Shown here piece by piece: positions 48,326-58,090 of a stretch of DNA of 64,000 nt. The notes beneath the pieces are model-generated. The model worked only from the letters and a program-made list of their open reading frames with translations, was not told the DNA's origin and searched no databases. The DNA is from an uncultured Gammaproteobacteria bacterium. GTDB lineage: Bacteria; Patescibacteriota; Microgenomatia; CAYXHB01; CAZYTL01. Made by a program: the position numbers and the translations under genes. Within the stretch, counting starts at the first letter, position 1; each line of letters begins with the position of its first letter. The DNA lies in assembly GCA_964650355.1 (NCBI GenBank), contig CAZYTL010000001.1, positions 85,552 to 149,551 on the forward strand. Reading direction: 5' to 3'.

Positions 48326-49123
48326 ATGAATCCTAAAACCAACACTCAGATCAAAATCCACGTGCCCACAGAGAATAATCAGTTGCTGGAGCAAGCTCTT
48401 GATTTAATTAATCAAAGTGAAGAAGTCAGCACTCTATGGCACGTAATTAATGTTAACGCCATTGACCGTTTAGGCATGACCGACCATGGCCCTGTCCATT
48501 TTCAGATCGTTTCCAACATCGCTTTGAAACTTGCCCGGCTGTTAATGAAAAACCAGGTGACCATGTCAGTTTGTCAGGATTTTGACTTATCACCAGACCA
48601 CGCCGAACTCATCATTCTGCTAACCAGTTTATTTCATGACTTGGGCATGTCCATTAACCGGGCAGGACACGAAGATTACAGTCTGTTTCTGACCAATACC
48701 TTACTCAGGGAATTGCTCACCTTCTTACCCGTCAAAGAGAGAACCATCGTCATTTCCGAAACCCTGCAAGCCATCATCGCCCATCGCAGTGACGGCAAAC
48801 CCCGCACCATTGAAGCCGGTATTGTCAGGGTGGCCGATGCTTTGGACATGAGCGAAGGCCGGTCCCGAATCCCTTATGAAGCCGGTATAGTCGATATTCA
48901 TTCCATTTCCGCTGCCGCCATCGACGAAGTGAAAATCGCTCCCGGAGAAAAGAAACCCATTCAAATCCTCATTATCATGAACAATTCATCCGGAGTTTTC
49001 CAGGTAGACGAACTGCTTAAAAAGAAACTTTCCGGATCAGGTATCGAGCAATATGTGTCCGTCAAAGCTTTTATCAACCGGGAACACGAAAAAAACCTCC
49101 TCAAAGAATTCCAAATCTCCTAA
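48326..49123 (+). CDS. HD-domain metal-dependent phosphohydrolase-like protein
   Basis: H...HD pattern (HGPVHF ... LFHDLG). Confidence 0.55.
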   Translation: MNPKTNTQIKIHVPTENNQLLEQALDLINQSEEVSTLWHVINVNAIDRLGMTDHGPVHFQIVSNIALKLARLLMKNQVTMSVCQDFDLSPDHAELIILLTSLFHDLGMSINRAGHEDYSLFLTNTLLRELLTFLPVKERTIVISETLQAIIAHRSDGKPRTIEAGIVRVADALDMSEGRSRIPYEAGIVDIHSISAAAIDEVKIAPGEKKPIQILIIMNNSSGVFQVDELLKKKLSGSGIEQYVSVKAFINREHEKNLLKEFQIS

Positions 49124-49158
49124 CCTTTCTTCTTACCCCAACACTCAATAGGAAACTG

Positions 49159-49923
49159 TTACCTGATATAGATTAGCCAGAAGAGCATGGCGAGTATAAT
49201 CCGATAAATCCCAAAGGGAATGAATGAGTGGTGCTGAATATAGCGAATAAAAAGTTTGACAGTTACCAAGGCGGTCAGAAAAGCCATCATAAATCCCATG
49301 ATTAGAGTTGTCCATTGTTCGGAAGAAAAATTCAGATTCGATTTCCAGAGATCCAATCCGGTAGCAGCTGCCATCGTTGGTAAAGCTAACAGAAAAGAGA
49401 ATTCCACCGCAGATCGCTTTGGTAAGCCTACTACCATGCCGCCAAAGATGGTGGCCGCTGCCCGGGAAACACCAGGAACCATAGATAAAGATTGCATTAG
49501 CCCGATCGCCAATGCCTGTCTGTAAGTAGGTTGACCAGTCGGTTGTTGAGCGGTGTTGATCAGTTTTTCCAGCAGAATAAATACCGCGCCGCCTATCGCC
49601 AGCGCCCAAAGAGTCACCGTGTAGTTGTTGAGTAAAGTAGACTTGATAAAATCGTAAGCTAACAAACCAATAAACGCTGTGGGAATGAAAGCTGTCAGTA
49701 GTTTGAACCACAGAGTAAAGTTCGTCAACAATTTTCTGGTGTAAATAGTCGCCACAGCCATGATGGCTCCCAGTTGGATAAATATTTCAAAAGAGGTCAG
49801 AAAATCAGTCTCATTAAGCCCCAGAAGTTTGGTAGTCAAAATCAAGTGACCGGTGGAGGACACAGGCAGAAATTCTGTAATCCCTTCTACAATACCCAAG
49901 ACGAATGTGTGAAGCAGAGACAT
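49159..49923 (-). CDS. uppP: Undecaprenyl-diphosphatase
   Basis: GIVEGITEFLPVSSTGHLIL, the N-terminal BacA/UppP signature. Confidence 0.9.
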   Translation of the reverse strand: MSLLHTFVLGIVEGITEFLPVSSTGHLILTTKLLGLNETDFLTSFEIFIQLGAIMAVATIYTRKLLTNFTLWFKLLTAFIPTAFIGLLAYDFIKSTLLNNYTVTLWALAIGGAVFILLEKLINTAQQPTGQPTYRQALAIGLMQSLSMVPGVSRAAATIFGGMVVGLPKRSAVEFSFLLALPTMAAATGLDLWKSNLNFSSEQWTTLIMGFMMAFLTALVTVKLFIRYIQHHSFIPFGIYRIILAMLFWLIYIR

Positions 49924-49945
49924 ACCCTATTAGTTCAACAATGAT

Positions 49946-50116
49946 CTACATGTTCAGAAGTTCCAATACTTTATAAACTAGCACTCCTGGCCAAAATATC
50001 GCCTTAACAATCCCGACGATCCCATCTGCGAAAGTGGTGGCGTGCTGGACAAAATAAATTACCGCCCCGATCAAACCTAAACCATAAATGGCACCAGAAC
50101 CGGCGTTATTTTTCAT
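49946..50116 (-). CDS. Small membrane protein (56 aa)
   Basis: MKNNAGSGAIYGLGLIGAVIYFVQH... with one or two TM helices. Below the ORF-track cutoff. Confidence 0.3.
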   Translation of the reverse strand: MKNNAGSGAIYGLGLIGAVIYFVQHATTFADGIVGIVKAIFWPGVLVYKVLELLNM

Positions 50117-50232
50117 TTCTACCTTCTTTCTTAAATCAGTATTTATCAGATCAGCTTACTTGTCAATCCGATAAGGAAAACTTAATCAGTAGAGTGGCGG
50201 GTGTATTTGAACGAGTCTCCGATAAAGATTTT

Positions 50233-51039
50233 TTACTCCAGCAATTTTCGTTTACTGAAAATATAGACGATCATGAAAATTTGCATGACTTCTCCTCCCA
50301 TACAAATTAAGGTATCCGTTAGAGTAGGTTTATTTAAGTAAGAAAAAAATAACGATTGGGGTCTGTTAGATTGATAATTTTCCGGATTTAAAAAATAAGG
50401 TAAAGATATCAGCAAACCATAAGCTGTCAAAAATAAAAATCCGTATAGAGCCCATTTCTTCAACTTCCACAAACCAACCCCGACAATAACCCAAATTATG
50501 TTTACGATTAATGACCTTAATCTGTAATAAGATTTGTCTTGGTAAATATATGAGGAGAAGAAGAGAGCCGGAGCTTCCTCGTATCCTAAATAACTTCTGA
50601 TTATTACTTGGGGAACAAGTTGATACAAAGGAACTTTTTTAATTTTAACTCCTGTTAATACCACGCCCACGCTACCTTCACCAGGAGGAGGATTTATTCG
50701 AGGGGCCAGCGCAACAGAGAGAGATTGCTGGTCTCGTTCAATTTCTATGCTTACTTCTTTGCCCCGATTGGCATCAACTAGTTCTACAAAGTCTGACGGG
50801 GTATCAATAATCTCATTATTTACAGAAATGACTTCATCTCCTACCTTCAATTGCGCCTTGGCAGCAGGAGTATTTGGTTGGACCTCAAGAATATTTACTT
50901 TAGCTTTAACAGTAAGGCCCTTCTGCTCAATAGAATGAAAAAGACCAAATAAAGGTAAAGAAAGGATAACTCCGATTATGCCGCCTAAGATAGTGAAAAT
51001 GGCTATGATGGACAGCAGTTTGGGACGTTTATTCTTCAT
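50233..51039 (-). CDS. PDZ-domain membrane protein
   Basis: N-terminal TM, PDZ (GLTVKAKVNILEVQPNTPAAKAQLKVGDEVISVNNE), then 3-4 C-terminal TM helices. Confidence 0.65.
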   Translation of the reverse strand: MKNKRPKLLSIIAIFTILGGIIGVILSLPLFGLFHSIEQKGLTVKAKVNILEVQPNTPAAKAQLKVGDEVISVNNEIIDTPSDFVELVDANRGKEVSIEIERDQQSLSVALAPRINPPPGEGSVGVVLTGVKIKKVPLYQLVPQVIIRSYLGYEEAPALFFSSYIYQDKSYYRLRSLIVNIIWVIVGVGLWKLKKWALYGFLFLTAYGLLISLPYFLNPENYQSNRPQSLFFSYLNKPTLTDTLICMGGEVMQIFMIVYIFSKRKLLE

Positions 51040-51190
51040 ATCATCCTCAACTCTACCCCTTTAAGATACAATATCACTATGAAATTAGTCGACAAAATTG
51101 TAGACTTGACCTCATCTAAATTGTTAAGGAGGTATAAAATACAACGTTGCTAATGATCCTCTAAAAATAAACGATCAATACCAAGATTCG

Positions 51191-51928
51191 TTGGATTTAA
51201 TTAAAAGTCTATATCAAAAGGCATATTACTGGCACGGCACCGGCCGGTATCACTATCAACACCCAAGCCGGTCAAAATATCACTCTCAAACTAATAGTAA
51301 AATCTTTGATGTACTTCAGTCTCTTATCCACCATGGCGGACTTACCCCTCAATATGATTTATGGACCAACATGTCATCGATTTCTCTTACTAAGAACAGA
51401 ATTTATGCCAGAGCCTATGTCCAGTTTCACCAATTCGAACGCACTCCGTTGCTCTATGAGTACGGCACAACTAAATTCTGGTTTCATACATTAGGAATAA
51501 AACAACTTTTTACCAATAATTTCGGGCACAATATCATCAGTGTCATGAAAATGCGAACCAATAAAGACTTTGATAATCGGTTTCGCCAATGGGCTGGTTA
51601 TGTAAGAAAGGATATTAAGAAACATCCAATTTCATTACTCTCGTTTTATAAACTTAGATCAGACATTTACGGAAACTTCGGAATACTATTCGGTATTAAA
51701 AAACCCTCCGTTCAGGAAATACCCTTTAATTCAACCATTGACCGCTATGAGGTGCGTTGCATTAAGGCAATCACATTTAAACAAATGACCCATGCGGAAG
51801 TGCCATTAGCTAATGTTGAAGAAACAAAGAAAATATTTGGGGGAAATAAAATTAAACTACCTGTTTTACCAATCGAACTATCCGAAATTTACTGTAACTC
51901 GTTGAATTATGAATATCTTGGAGGATAA
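51191..51928 (+). CDS. Hypothetical protein (245 aa)
   Basis: ORF with no recognisable motif. Confidence 0.45.
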   Translation: MDLIKSLYQKAYYWHGTGRYHYQHPSRSKYHSQTNSKIFDVLQSLIHHGGLTPQYDLWTNMSSISLTKNRIYARAYVQFHQFERTPLLYEYGTTKFWFHTLGIKQLFTNNFGHNIISVMKMRTNKDFDNRFRQWAGYVRKDIKKHPISLLSFYKLRSDIYGNFGILFGIKKPSVQEIPFNSTIDRYEVRCIKAITFKQMTHAEVPLANVEETKKIFGGNKIKLPVLPIELSEIYCNSLNYEYLGG

Positions 51929-51962
51929 GGCGATGGATGAAGGAAGACTCAAATTAAACCTT

Positions 51963-52655
51963 TTAAGTCAGATCAAATCTGGTTATTATCTCTTTTTCAT
52001 CAATCTCAAAATACTTAGCGAAGTAGTTGAATAGGTTTTGGAGATCGCGTTTCAACAATTCATCTTTGTGAGGATTGTGGCGGATGTCAACGGCTTGAGG
52101 TAGGTCGATGATATAGGGTTTCTCCTGCCACCAGAGAATGTTGTAGGCAGAGAGATCGCCGTGGACTACACCGCATTGGAGGAGAAGTTTGACATCGTGA
52201 AGGATATGTTGAAAGGCTGATTGGGCTTGTGATTTGGTTAGAATCACGTCGGTTAAACGTGGAGCGACATGTTCGTCTCCGATGAATTCCATCAGGATAG
52301 ATTCCGGCGTCCAGTCGTAAACCTTAGGCACATTGGCGCCTAGGCTGTTCAGCTTTTTCAGGAGATAAAATTCTCTTCTTACCCAATTTCTGTGCATCAG
52401 CTTTCTGCCGAATTTTCCTCGCTTAAGCACTGCTTTTCTCTCCGATGGTTTGCGGTAATACTTGCCTTCCAAATAAGCGGAGTTATTTTGGAAGGAGCGG
52501 AACTGGGGATCAATGTAGACTTTCAACGCCAAAGTTTGCCTGCCGAATTCAACCATAAACACCATAGCCTCCTTGCCTGTCTTTACTTTACGCGGGTGGC
52601 GGAGGTGGTAATTTTTCTGCTCATAGGCCCGGATAATATGATCTAAATTAATCAC
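51963..52655 (-). CDS. RIO-type atypical serine protein kinase
   Basis: ALKVY...K, hinge MEFIGD, catalytic loop VHGDLSAYNIL, and IIDLPQAVD metal-binding motif. Confidence 0.7.
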   Translation of the reverse strand: MINLDHIIRAYEQKNYHLRHPRKVKTGKEAMVFMVEFGRQTLALKVYIDPQFRSFQNNSAYLEGKYYRKPSERKAVLKRGKFGRKLMHRNWVRREFYLLKKLNSLGANVPKVYDWTPESILMEFIGDEHVAPRLTDVILTKSQAQSAFQHILHDVKLLLQCGVVHGDLSAYNILWWQEKPYIIDLPQAVDIRHNPHKDELLKRDLQNLFNYFAKYFEIDEKEIITRFDLT

Positions 52656-52714
52656 TTAAATGGTATTGTAGTACAATTATTTAGAAATAGCTAAGTGAAA
52701 TACAAAACACAGTC

Positions 52715-53491
52715 ATGAAATTCTTAGTCGCAGTAGCTCAATACGCTGTGCCTGAAGATGTTTCCGGCTCGATCTCCAAACTAGATGAGCTGGCAGCTAA
52801 GGTAGCCAAAGATGGAGCTCGATTATTAGTCGCGCCTGAAACAGCTATTGGCATGCTGGCAGATGTTAAAACTGCTTCCACCGACTACTTGCCTGATTTG
52901 AAGAACATCGCCAGTGAACACAAAATTGCCATAGCCACCAGCTTTTATAAAAAATCCACAGGAGGGGAACATTTTAACCAGGGTTATATCGTAAGTTCAT
53001 CTGGTGAAGTTTTACATTCCCATCGAAAAATATACCTTGCTCCTCCTGAACGAGAGGTTGACGGCATTTCCAGCGGCCATGAATTGACGGTCTCAAAAAC
53101 AGAAATAGGAAAACTGGGCATGTTGATCTGCAAAGACGGGTTTAACCGGTACTCCCACTTTTTGTATGAAAGATTTAATCAGTTAGGGACCGAAATTATT
53201 TGCATTCCTACCTGGTCAATTGGGTGGGATGAAATGAATACTCAGGAATATATCAGGTCCTTGTTCGTTTACGGCTCATTTACTAGCCGGGCATATGTGC
53301 TTGTTTCAGGGAACCTGAATCGCAAAGATAAATCATTTGGCCGTTCTTTAATCGTCAGCCCCGTCCGGGGCGTCCTCCGTGAAGGATCAACAGATCAGGA
53401 AGAATTAATCGTCCAAGAAATTGACCTTAAAGAAGTAAAAACAGCCAGAGATTTCGATTCCCGGTGGCAACCGAAAGGGAGGATCTTGTAA
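52715..53491 (+). CDS. Carbon-nitrogen hydrolase (nitrilase superfamily) protein
   Basis: E (LLVAPE), K and C (GMLICKDG) triad spacing. Confidence 0.7.
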   Translation: MKFLVAVAQYAVPEDVSGSISKLDELAAKVAKDGARLLVAPETAIGMLADVKTASTDYLPDLKNIASEHKIAIATSFYKKSTGGEHFNQGYIVSSSGEVLHSHRKIYLAPPEREVDGISSGHELTVSKTEIGKLGMLICKDGFNRYSHFLYERFNQLGTEIICIPTWSIGWDEMNTQEYIRSLFVYGSFTSRAYVLVSGNLNRKDKSFGRSLIVSPVRGVLREGSTDQEELIVQEIDLKEVKTARDFDSRWQPKGRIL

Positions 53492-53548
53492 TCCTTAAGA
53501 TTTACTGCCTTAAAAGTGTTTCCTATTTTTAATTCTCAAATTGAGTCG

Positions 53549-53590
53549 AAGGCCGAGCAGGCCGGTCTAGGACCGCTCAGGCCTTTTTAA
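53549..53590 (+). terminator. Branched GC-rich hairpin + T5
   Basis: aaggccgagc...(ggtc-tag-gacc)...gctcaggcctt + ttttt. Confidence 0.5.
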
Positions 53591-53641
53591 CGATTGTCTC
53601 AGATTTAGGCTAAATAAGATAACAAAACAGGGCAACGATAA

Positions 53642-54763
53642 CTATAATGCTATATTATTCATCAGAATCATTCCATTATACTTAACAATCACGTTCTCAA
53701 CTTCCCTGAATTCTTGTTTGTATTTTTTCTTCAAAGTGTCGATCATTTTGGATATTTTAATTAGCATCCTAGAAGAACTGGAGGGACTCCTGCCCGGTTT
53801 TCGAAATACAGAGGATTTACTAAGCACGCTTTCTAAAACAAACTCCGTATAGTACCAGTCCCACTTAAATTCCTTGAAGACTGTTTCTCTCAATCTTAGT
53901 TCAATTTCATGTTTGAGGCTGTTCTTACGGGTGTCTTTTATAAGTTTATCAAGATCTATATTGTTAAAAATTGGAGCTATTCGTGGCTGCTTCTCAATTT
54001 CCGCTAATCCTTTGAGATAATATCTTTCACATAGCTTAACCAATCTATCTAACTTGTCACGTTGACGTTTTTGTGGAGCCCGAAGTTTGTATATCCGAAA
54101 TTTTTTACCATTAAATTCTGTAGTCATTTCTCGAATAAGAATAACTTCTGGCTTAATAATTAAATCGATAAACACAACCCTTTTCCCATCTGATTTTCCC
54201 CAGATTTTAAGTGCATTACCTGAGTAATCCATTTTCCAGATATGTTGTGTGTCAATTCTAAGCTCATTGTCTTTAACAAGATAAACTGGATTATCGTTCT
54301 GAACACGAGCTAAAATGCTGAGTTTCAAAATCCCTGAAGAAAGATCGACGGACAGTAATGAATGTCTTCCAGAGAGGTTAAACAAAGATGTTCTTTCTCC
54401 ATGGCTAACAAAACTTGAGCCAATGAAAAAGGAATAACCTCTTTTTCTCTCTAATGGAAATTTATCTACTAATACTAAAGGTTTAGCTGGCCTTGCCTTA
54501 TATTTATAAAGTTCTTTTTTTGAAAAAAAACAACCACCCCTTCCGTGAATGCGTCTATGACACTCATCACAAATTGGGATTAGGTACCTTTCGTCATTCG
54601 AAAATTTCTTTGACCATTCTTCAATATGATGAAATACAACTGGGATTTTGCCGCAAATGGAACAACTAAAGCGCGATTGAGATAAAAGTCTCTGTTTTGC
54701 ATCAGCTTTGATATACTCTCTAGCGTTGTGAATACAAGTAGAATAACTCATTTTTGTTTTCAA
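53642..54763 (-). CDS. HNH (His-Me finger) nuclease-domain protein with ~300 aa uncharacterised C-terminal region; AT-rich
   Basis: CSICGKIPVVFHHIEEW...LIPICDECHRRIH (C-x2-C...HH...C-x2-C-H). Confidence 0.6.
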   Translation of the reverse strand: MKTKMSYSTCIHNAREYIKADAKQRLLSQSRFSCSICGKIPVVFHHIEEWSKKFSNDERYLIPICDECHRRIHGRGGCFFSKKELYKYKARPAKPLVLVDKFPLERKRGYSFFIGSSFVSHGERTSLFNLSGRHSLLSVDLSSGILKLSILARVQNDNPVYLVKDNELRIDTQHIWKMDYSGNALKIWGKSDGKRVVFIDLIIKPEVILIREMTTEFNGKKFRIYKLRAPQKRQRDKLDRLVKLCERYYLKGLAEIEKQPRIAPIFNNIDLDKLIKDTRKNSLKHEIELRLRETVFKEFKWDWYYTEFVLESVLSKSSVFRKPGRSPSSSSRMLIKISKMIDTLKKKYKQEFREVENVIVKYNGMILMNNIAL

Positions 54764-55006
54764 ACTTCTATAGAGTTTACGGTCGCTTAGTGTCCAATCG
54801 TGCTGTAGGGCTAGGATTCCCGCCTACCCTTGCCTGTCGTCTTAGTTGATTGCAACTGCGGCGGCAGGGACGTAATCGGCGGACACAGCGAACAGATTGC
54901 ATTTTTCTATTAAAAGTTATTCTAACACATTTTCACTTCAGCCCTTCTTTTATCAATAAATAGTCCGGCAATTCTTCATGTCCGTTTATTGTTGTCCCAT
55001 ATCTGG

Positions 55007-55696
55007 TTAAGGTCCGTCTACTTCACCCCGGAAATCGCTTGTTCTTGGTTGGAGAGCAACCGCCAAATTTCTCACCTGGAGATACCGGGCCATAGCTATT
55101 TCATAACGGGAATTTAAATATTCACCCTGATCTGCTTGCCTTCTGGTATTGGGATTACAGCTAAAAAACAATGCCTGGTCCATCGTGGCCGGCGCTAAAA
55201 ATCTCCACTCTATCATAAATTTAGAATCGAAAGAAACAAACGAACCTAATCTCCAATTGAAAGCGTTAGTTCTATTCAGTGCTGCTAATGCTTGATCGTA
55301 ACCCATTTCTGCTTCTCCTAAATATAATCTCTCACCTCCAACTACTTGTCGATATAGGCGGAGAGCGTCCTCGAAAACTTGGAAAGTGAAATCTTCCCCT
55401 CTAATTCCCAAAGGATTAAACTGATCTTCCTTAATTTGGGCGGAAATTGTCCCTTCACTAAGTGGGCGAGAAAGAAGAGGACAGGAACGCAGATTATTAA
55501 TGGGGTAATTGTCTAACCATTTCCATCGTCTTCCCCAAAGACAAACCTGACCAATAGGTTCATGAGCAGCAGCCCAGGTGTGATTGACTACCATCCTGTT
55601 AAATTCACAATCAGGACAATCCCTAGTCGGGCGTTTTCTGTCTCCATAACGAAGATGGGAATCTGGTAGATTATAGACATCGATTTCCTTAGACAT
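55007..55696 (-). CDS. Hypothetical protein (229 aa, CPDCEF Cys pair), GC-richer
   Basis: ORF overlapping the GIY-YIG stop by 8 nt. Confidence 0.45.
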   Translation of the reverse strand: MSKEIDVYNLPDSHLRYGDRKRPTRDCPDCEFNRMVVNHTWAAAHEPIGQVCLWGRRWKWLDNYPINNLRSCPLLSRPLSEGTISAQIKEDQFNPLGIRGEDFTFQVFEDALRLYRQVVGGERLYLGEAEMGYDQALAALNRTNAFNWRLGSFVSFDSKFMIEWRFLAPATMDQALFFSCNPNTRRQADQGEYLNSRYEIAMARYLQVRNLAVALQPRTSDFRGEVDGP

Positions 55697-56006
55697 AAGT
55701 TTTGGTTTTTAATTCTTCGAAGCTTTCTTTCAGCATTATTTTTATCGCCTTTTTACCGGCGGTTGTTTTAAAGTATTTTTCTCTTCTCAAAGCGTCTTTC
55801 TTGGAGTAAAAATATTCACAAAAAATTAGTCTTAATGGCCTTCTGGGCGCAGTAGCTTTTGAATTACCGCGAAAGTGTTCTGTTAACCTCTGTTTTAGAT
55901 CTGAAGTGAAGCCGATGTATAATTGACCGTCTTTTTCGCTAAGAAGAACATATACGCACCAGTTGAGTTTAGTCATCTTTGTTTCTGAAGAATCATCTCG
56001 GGCCAT
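55689..56006 (-). CDS. GIY-YIG nuclease family protein (YhbQ-like, 105 aa)
   Basis: WCVYVLLSEKDGQLYIGFTSDLKQRLTEHF and REKYFK. Immediately downstream of tRNA-Gln. Confidence 0.75.
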   Translation of the reverse strand: MARDDSSETKMTKLNWCVYVLLSEKDGQLYIGFTSDLKQRLTEHFRGNSKATAPRRPLRLIFCEYFYSKKDALRREKYFKTTAGKKAIKIMLKESFEELKTKTYV

Positions 56007-56059
56007 AAAGTAGAACGAAGTTCACTTTACGGCCATGAAGTGATCTCTGATCTACTTCA

Positions 56060-56133
56060 TGGCTGCGGGGCATGGATTCGAACCATGATAGACGGCTCCA
56101 AAGGCCGCAGTCCTACCGTTAGACGACCCCGCA
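56060..56133 (-). tRNA. tRNA-Gln(TTG) with encoded CCA
   Basis: Reverse complement TGCGGGGTCGTCTAACGGTAGGACTGCGGCCTTTGGAGCCGTCTATCATGGTTCGAATCCATGCCCCGCAGCCA. U1-A72 pair, anticodon loop CUUUGGA, T-arm CATGG-TTCGAAT-CCATG. Confidence 0.8.
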
Positions 56134-56198
56134 TTATGCCTTAAAAGCAAAATTGAACTGCAAGGTTTATTTTAACACTTTTAAGTTCATTTTGCTGT

Positions 56199-56918
56199 AT
56201 GATATCAATAATGTCAGCCGCACAAGTTAAACGAGCCTTAAGTGCTCTCGCCAATCCGGAAAGGGCCAAACATTCAGTCCGTTTCTTCAAAACCGGACCA
56301 GGAGAGTACGGAGCAGGGGATAAGTTTTTAGGCATTACAGTGCCCCAACAGAGACAAATTGCCAAAAAATTCAAGGATTTACCATTAACAGAAGTAGAGA
56401 AATTACTGCATAGCTCCTATCACGATCATCGACTTACTGCTTTAGTAATTCTCACTTACCAATTTCCCAAAGCCGACTCTTCGACTCAAATCAAGATTTA
56501 TAACTTTTACCTGAAAAACACCCGTTATATTAACAACTGGGATCTAGTGGATCTATCCGCCCCTAAAATTGTCGGCCAGCATCTGCTTGATAAACCAGAA
56601 CAAAGAACCATTCTTTATCAATTAGTTAAATCAAAAAACCTATGGGAAAGACGCATCGCCATTCTGGCTACCTTCTCTTTTATTAAACAAACAGACTTCA
56701 AAGATGCTCTTCAAATAGCTGAGTTATTGGTAAAAGATAACCACGACCTCATCCATAAAGCCGTAGGTTGGATGCTTAGAGAAATCGGCAAACAAGACGA
56801 AAAAGTCCTTTTAAGATTCCTTGATCAATATGCCTCTACCATGCCCCGCACCATGCTCCGCTATTCTATAGAAAAACTTACTCCTGCGCGAAGAAGTTTT
56901 TATTTGAAAAAGTCGTGA
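56199..56918 (+). CDS. DNA alkylation repair enzyme (AlkD/AlkC-like HEAT repeat)
   Basis: VKRALSALANPERAKHSVRFFKTGPGEYG and a repeated helical architecture. Confidence 0.7.
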   Translation: MISIMSAAQVKRALSALANPERAKHSVRFFKTGPGEYGAGDKFLGITVPQQRQIAKKFKDLPLTEVEKLLHSSYHDHRLTALVILTYQFPKADSSTQIKIYNFYLKNTRYINNWDLVDLSAPKIVGQHLLDKPEQRTILYQLVKSKNLWERRIAILATFSFIKQTDFKDALQIAELLVKDNHDLIHKAVGWMLREIGKQDEKVLLRFLDQYASTMPRTMLRYSIEKLTPARRSFYLKKS

Positions 56919-56929
56919 TTTTACAATCG

Positions 56930-57433
56930 TTATCTTCGCAAATAAGGGCTGAAGTCATCGAAATGGTATGAAAAAACGTTAAACTGAGTACTCAGAAAAA
57001 AGATTAAAACAATTATCAAGACCGATAGTTTGTCTTTCTTTATAATTCGAAATTTTAAATTTATCAAATTAAACAAAGAAAAAATATACAGTAATCCGAG
57101 AAGGATCAACAAATATGTTTTGTCATGTAAATCAAATAAGAAAAAATCATAATTAATTACATTATCGATTTTATCCGGTTGGAAACTGATGATTTTTATC
57201 GACTGAAATATCAAAATAGCAAATGTCCAAAGTATAACAAAATACAATTTATTTATCCTCTTGGCAAAAATAAGTAACAAGACAATCAACAGCGATACAA
57301 GAAGCAACCAGGGTACCCAAGCCTGACACGAGACTTCGAGACAGAAAAAAAGATCAAACAAATTGAAAAGGATGACCAATGGAAGAGCATAAATCATTGA
57401 GAGTATTCCGCCTAAACTTTGGATTATTTGCAT
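56930..57433 (-). CDS. Hypothetical polytopic membrane protein, AT-rich
   Basis: 4-5 TM segments. Confidence 0.4.
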   Translation of the reverse strand: MQIIQSLGGILSMIYALPLVILFNLFDLFFCLEVSCQAWVPWLLLVSLLIVLLLIFAKRINKLYFVILWTFAILIFQSIKIISFQPDKIDNVINYDFFLFDLHDKTYLLILLGLLYIFSLFNLINLKFRIIKKDKLSVLIIVLIFFLSTQFNVFSYHFDDFSPYLRR

Positions 57434-57470
57434 AATTTAAATCCTTGATGTTTGACCGGGAGATCGAGAG

Positions 57471-58067
57471 TCAGTTAGATTTTCCTAGTAAATTACTTAC
57501 TACTTGATTCATTTTACTATCAGAGAAATCATTAAGCAATTTTTTGTAAAACTCCCACACTGCCATGGCATCGTCCAGTGCCCGGTGCCGATGAGCCACT
57601 TTAATCTGGAATCGATCTATGATCTGATCTAAGCCATGATGGCGATACTCAGGAAAGAGTTTTCTTGACAATTTTACAGTGCAGAGTAGGGGAGCGGAAA
57701 AACTCATTTTTTGTCTGGCAAATTCAGTGGTTAAAAATCCGTAATCAAACTGGGCGTTGTGAGCCACTAAAGTGCCGTCGGTTAACAAGGTCCATAGATC
57801 ATCCTGAATTTGCCTGAAACTTGGCGCGTACTCCAGATCTAAGGGACTGATGCCGGTGAAATATTGAATGAACCTGGGCACTTCGCACAGCGGATTAATT
57901 AGCGTTTGGTAAGTATCAATTATTTGACCATTTTCTACCTTAATTACTCCGATATCAATGATTCGGTTGTTTGCCGGACTCAACCCTGTAGTTTCCACAT
58001 CCACAAATATTAGCCTCTGACTTTGATTAAGCCTGTCCATACCTGGATATAAGCATAACACTTTCAC
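57471..58067 (-). CDS. DEDDh 3'-5' exonuclease (DnaQ/Pol III epsilon-like)
   Basis: Exo I FVDVETTGL, Exo II VAHNAQFDYGFL, Exo III HRALDDA. Confidence 0.8.
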   Translation of the reverse strand: MKVLCLYPGMDRLNQSQRLIFVDVETTGLSPANNRIIDIGVIKVENGQIIDTYQTLINPLCEVPRFIQYFTGISPLDLEYAPSFRQIQDDLWTLLTDGTLVAHNAQFDYGFLTTEFARQKMSFSAPLLCTVKLSRKLFPEYRHHGLDQIIDRFQIKVAHRHRALDDAMAVWEFYKKLLNDFSDSKMNQVVSNLLGKSN

Positions 58068-58090
58068 TGGTATTAAGTTATATTAAAAAC

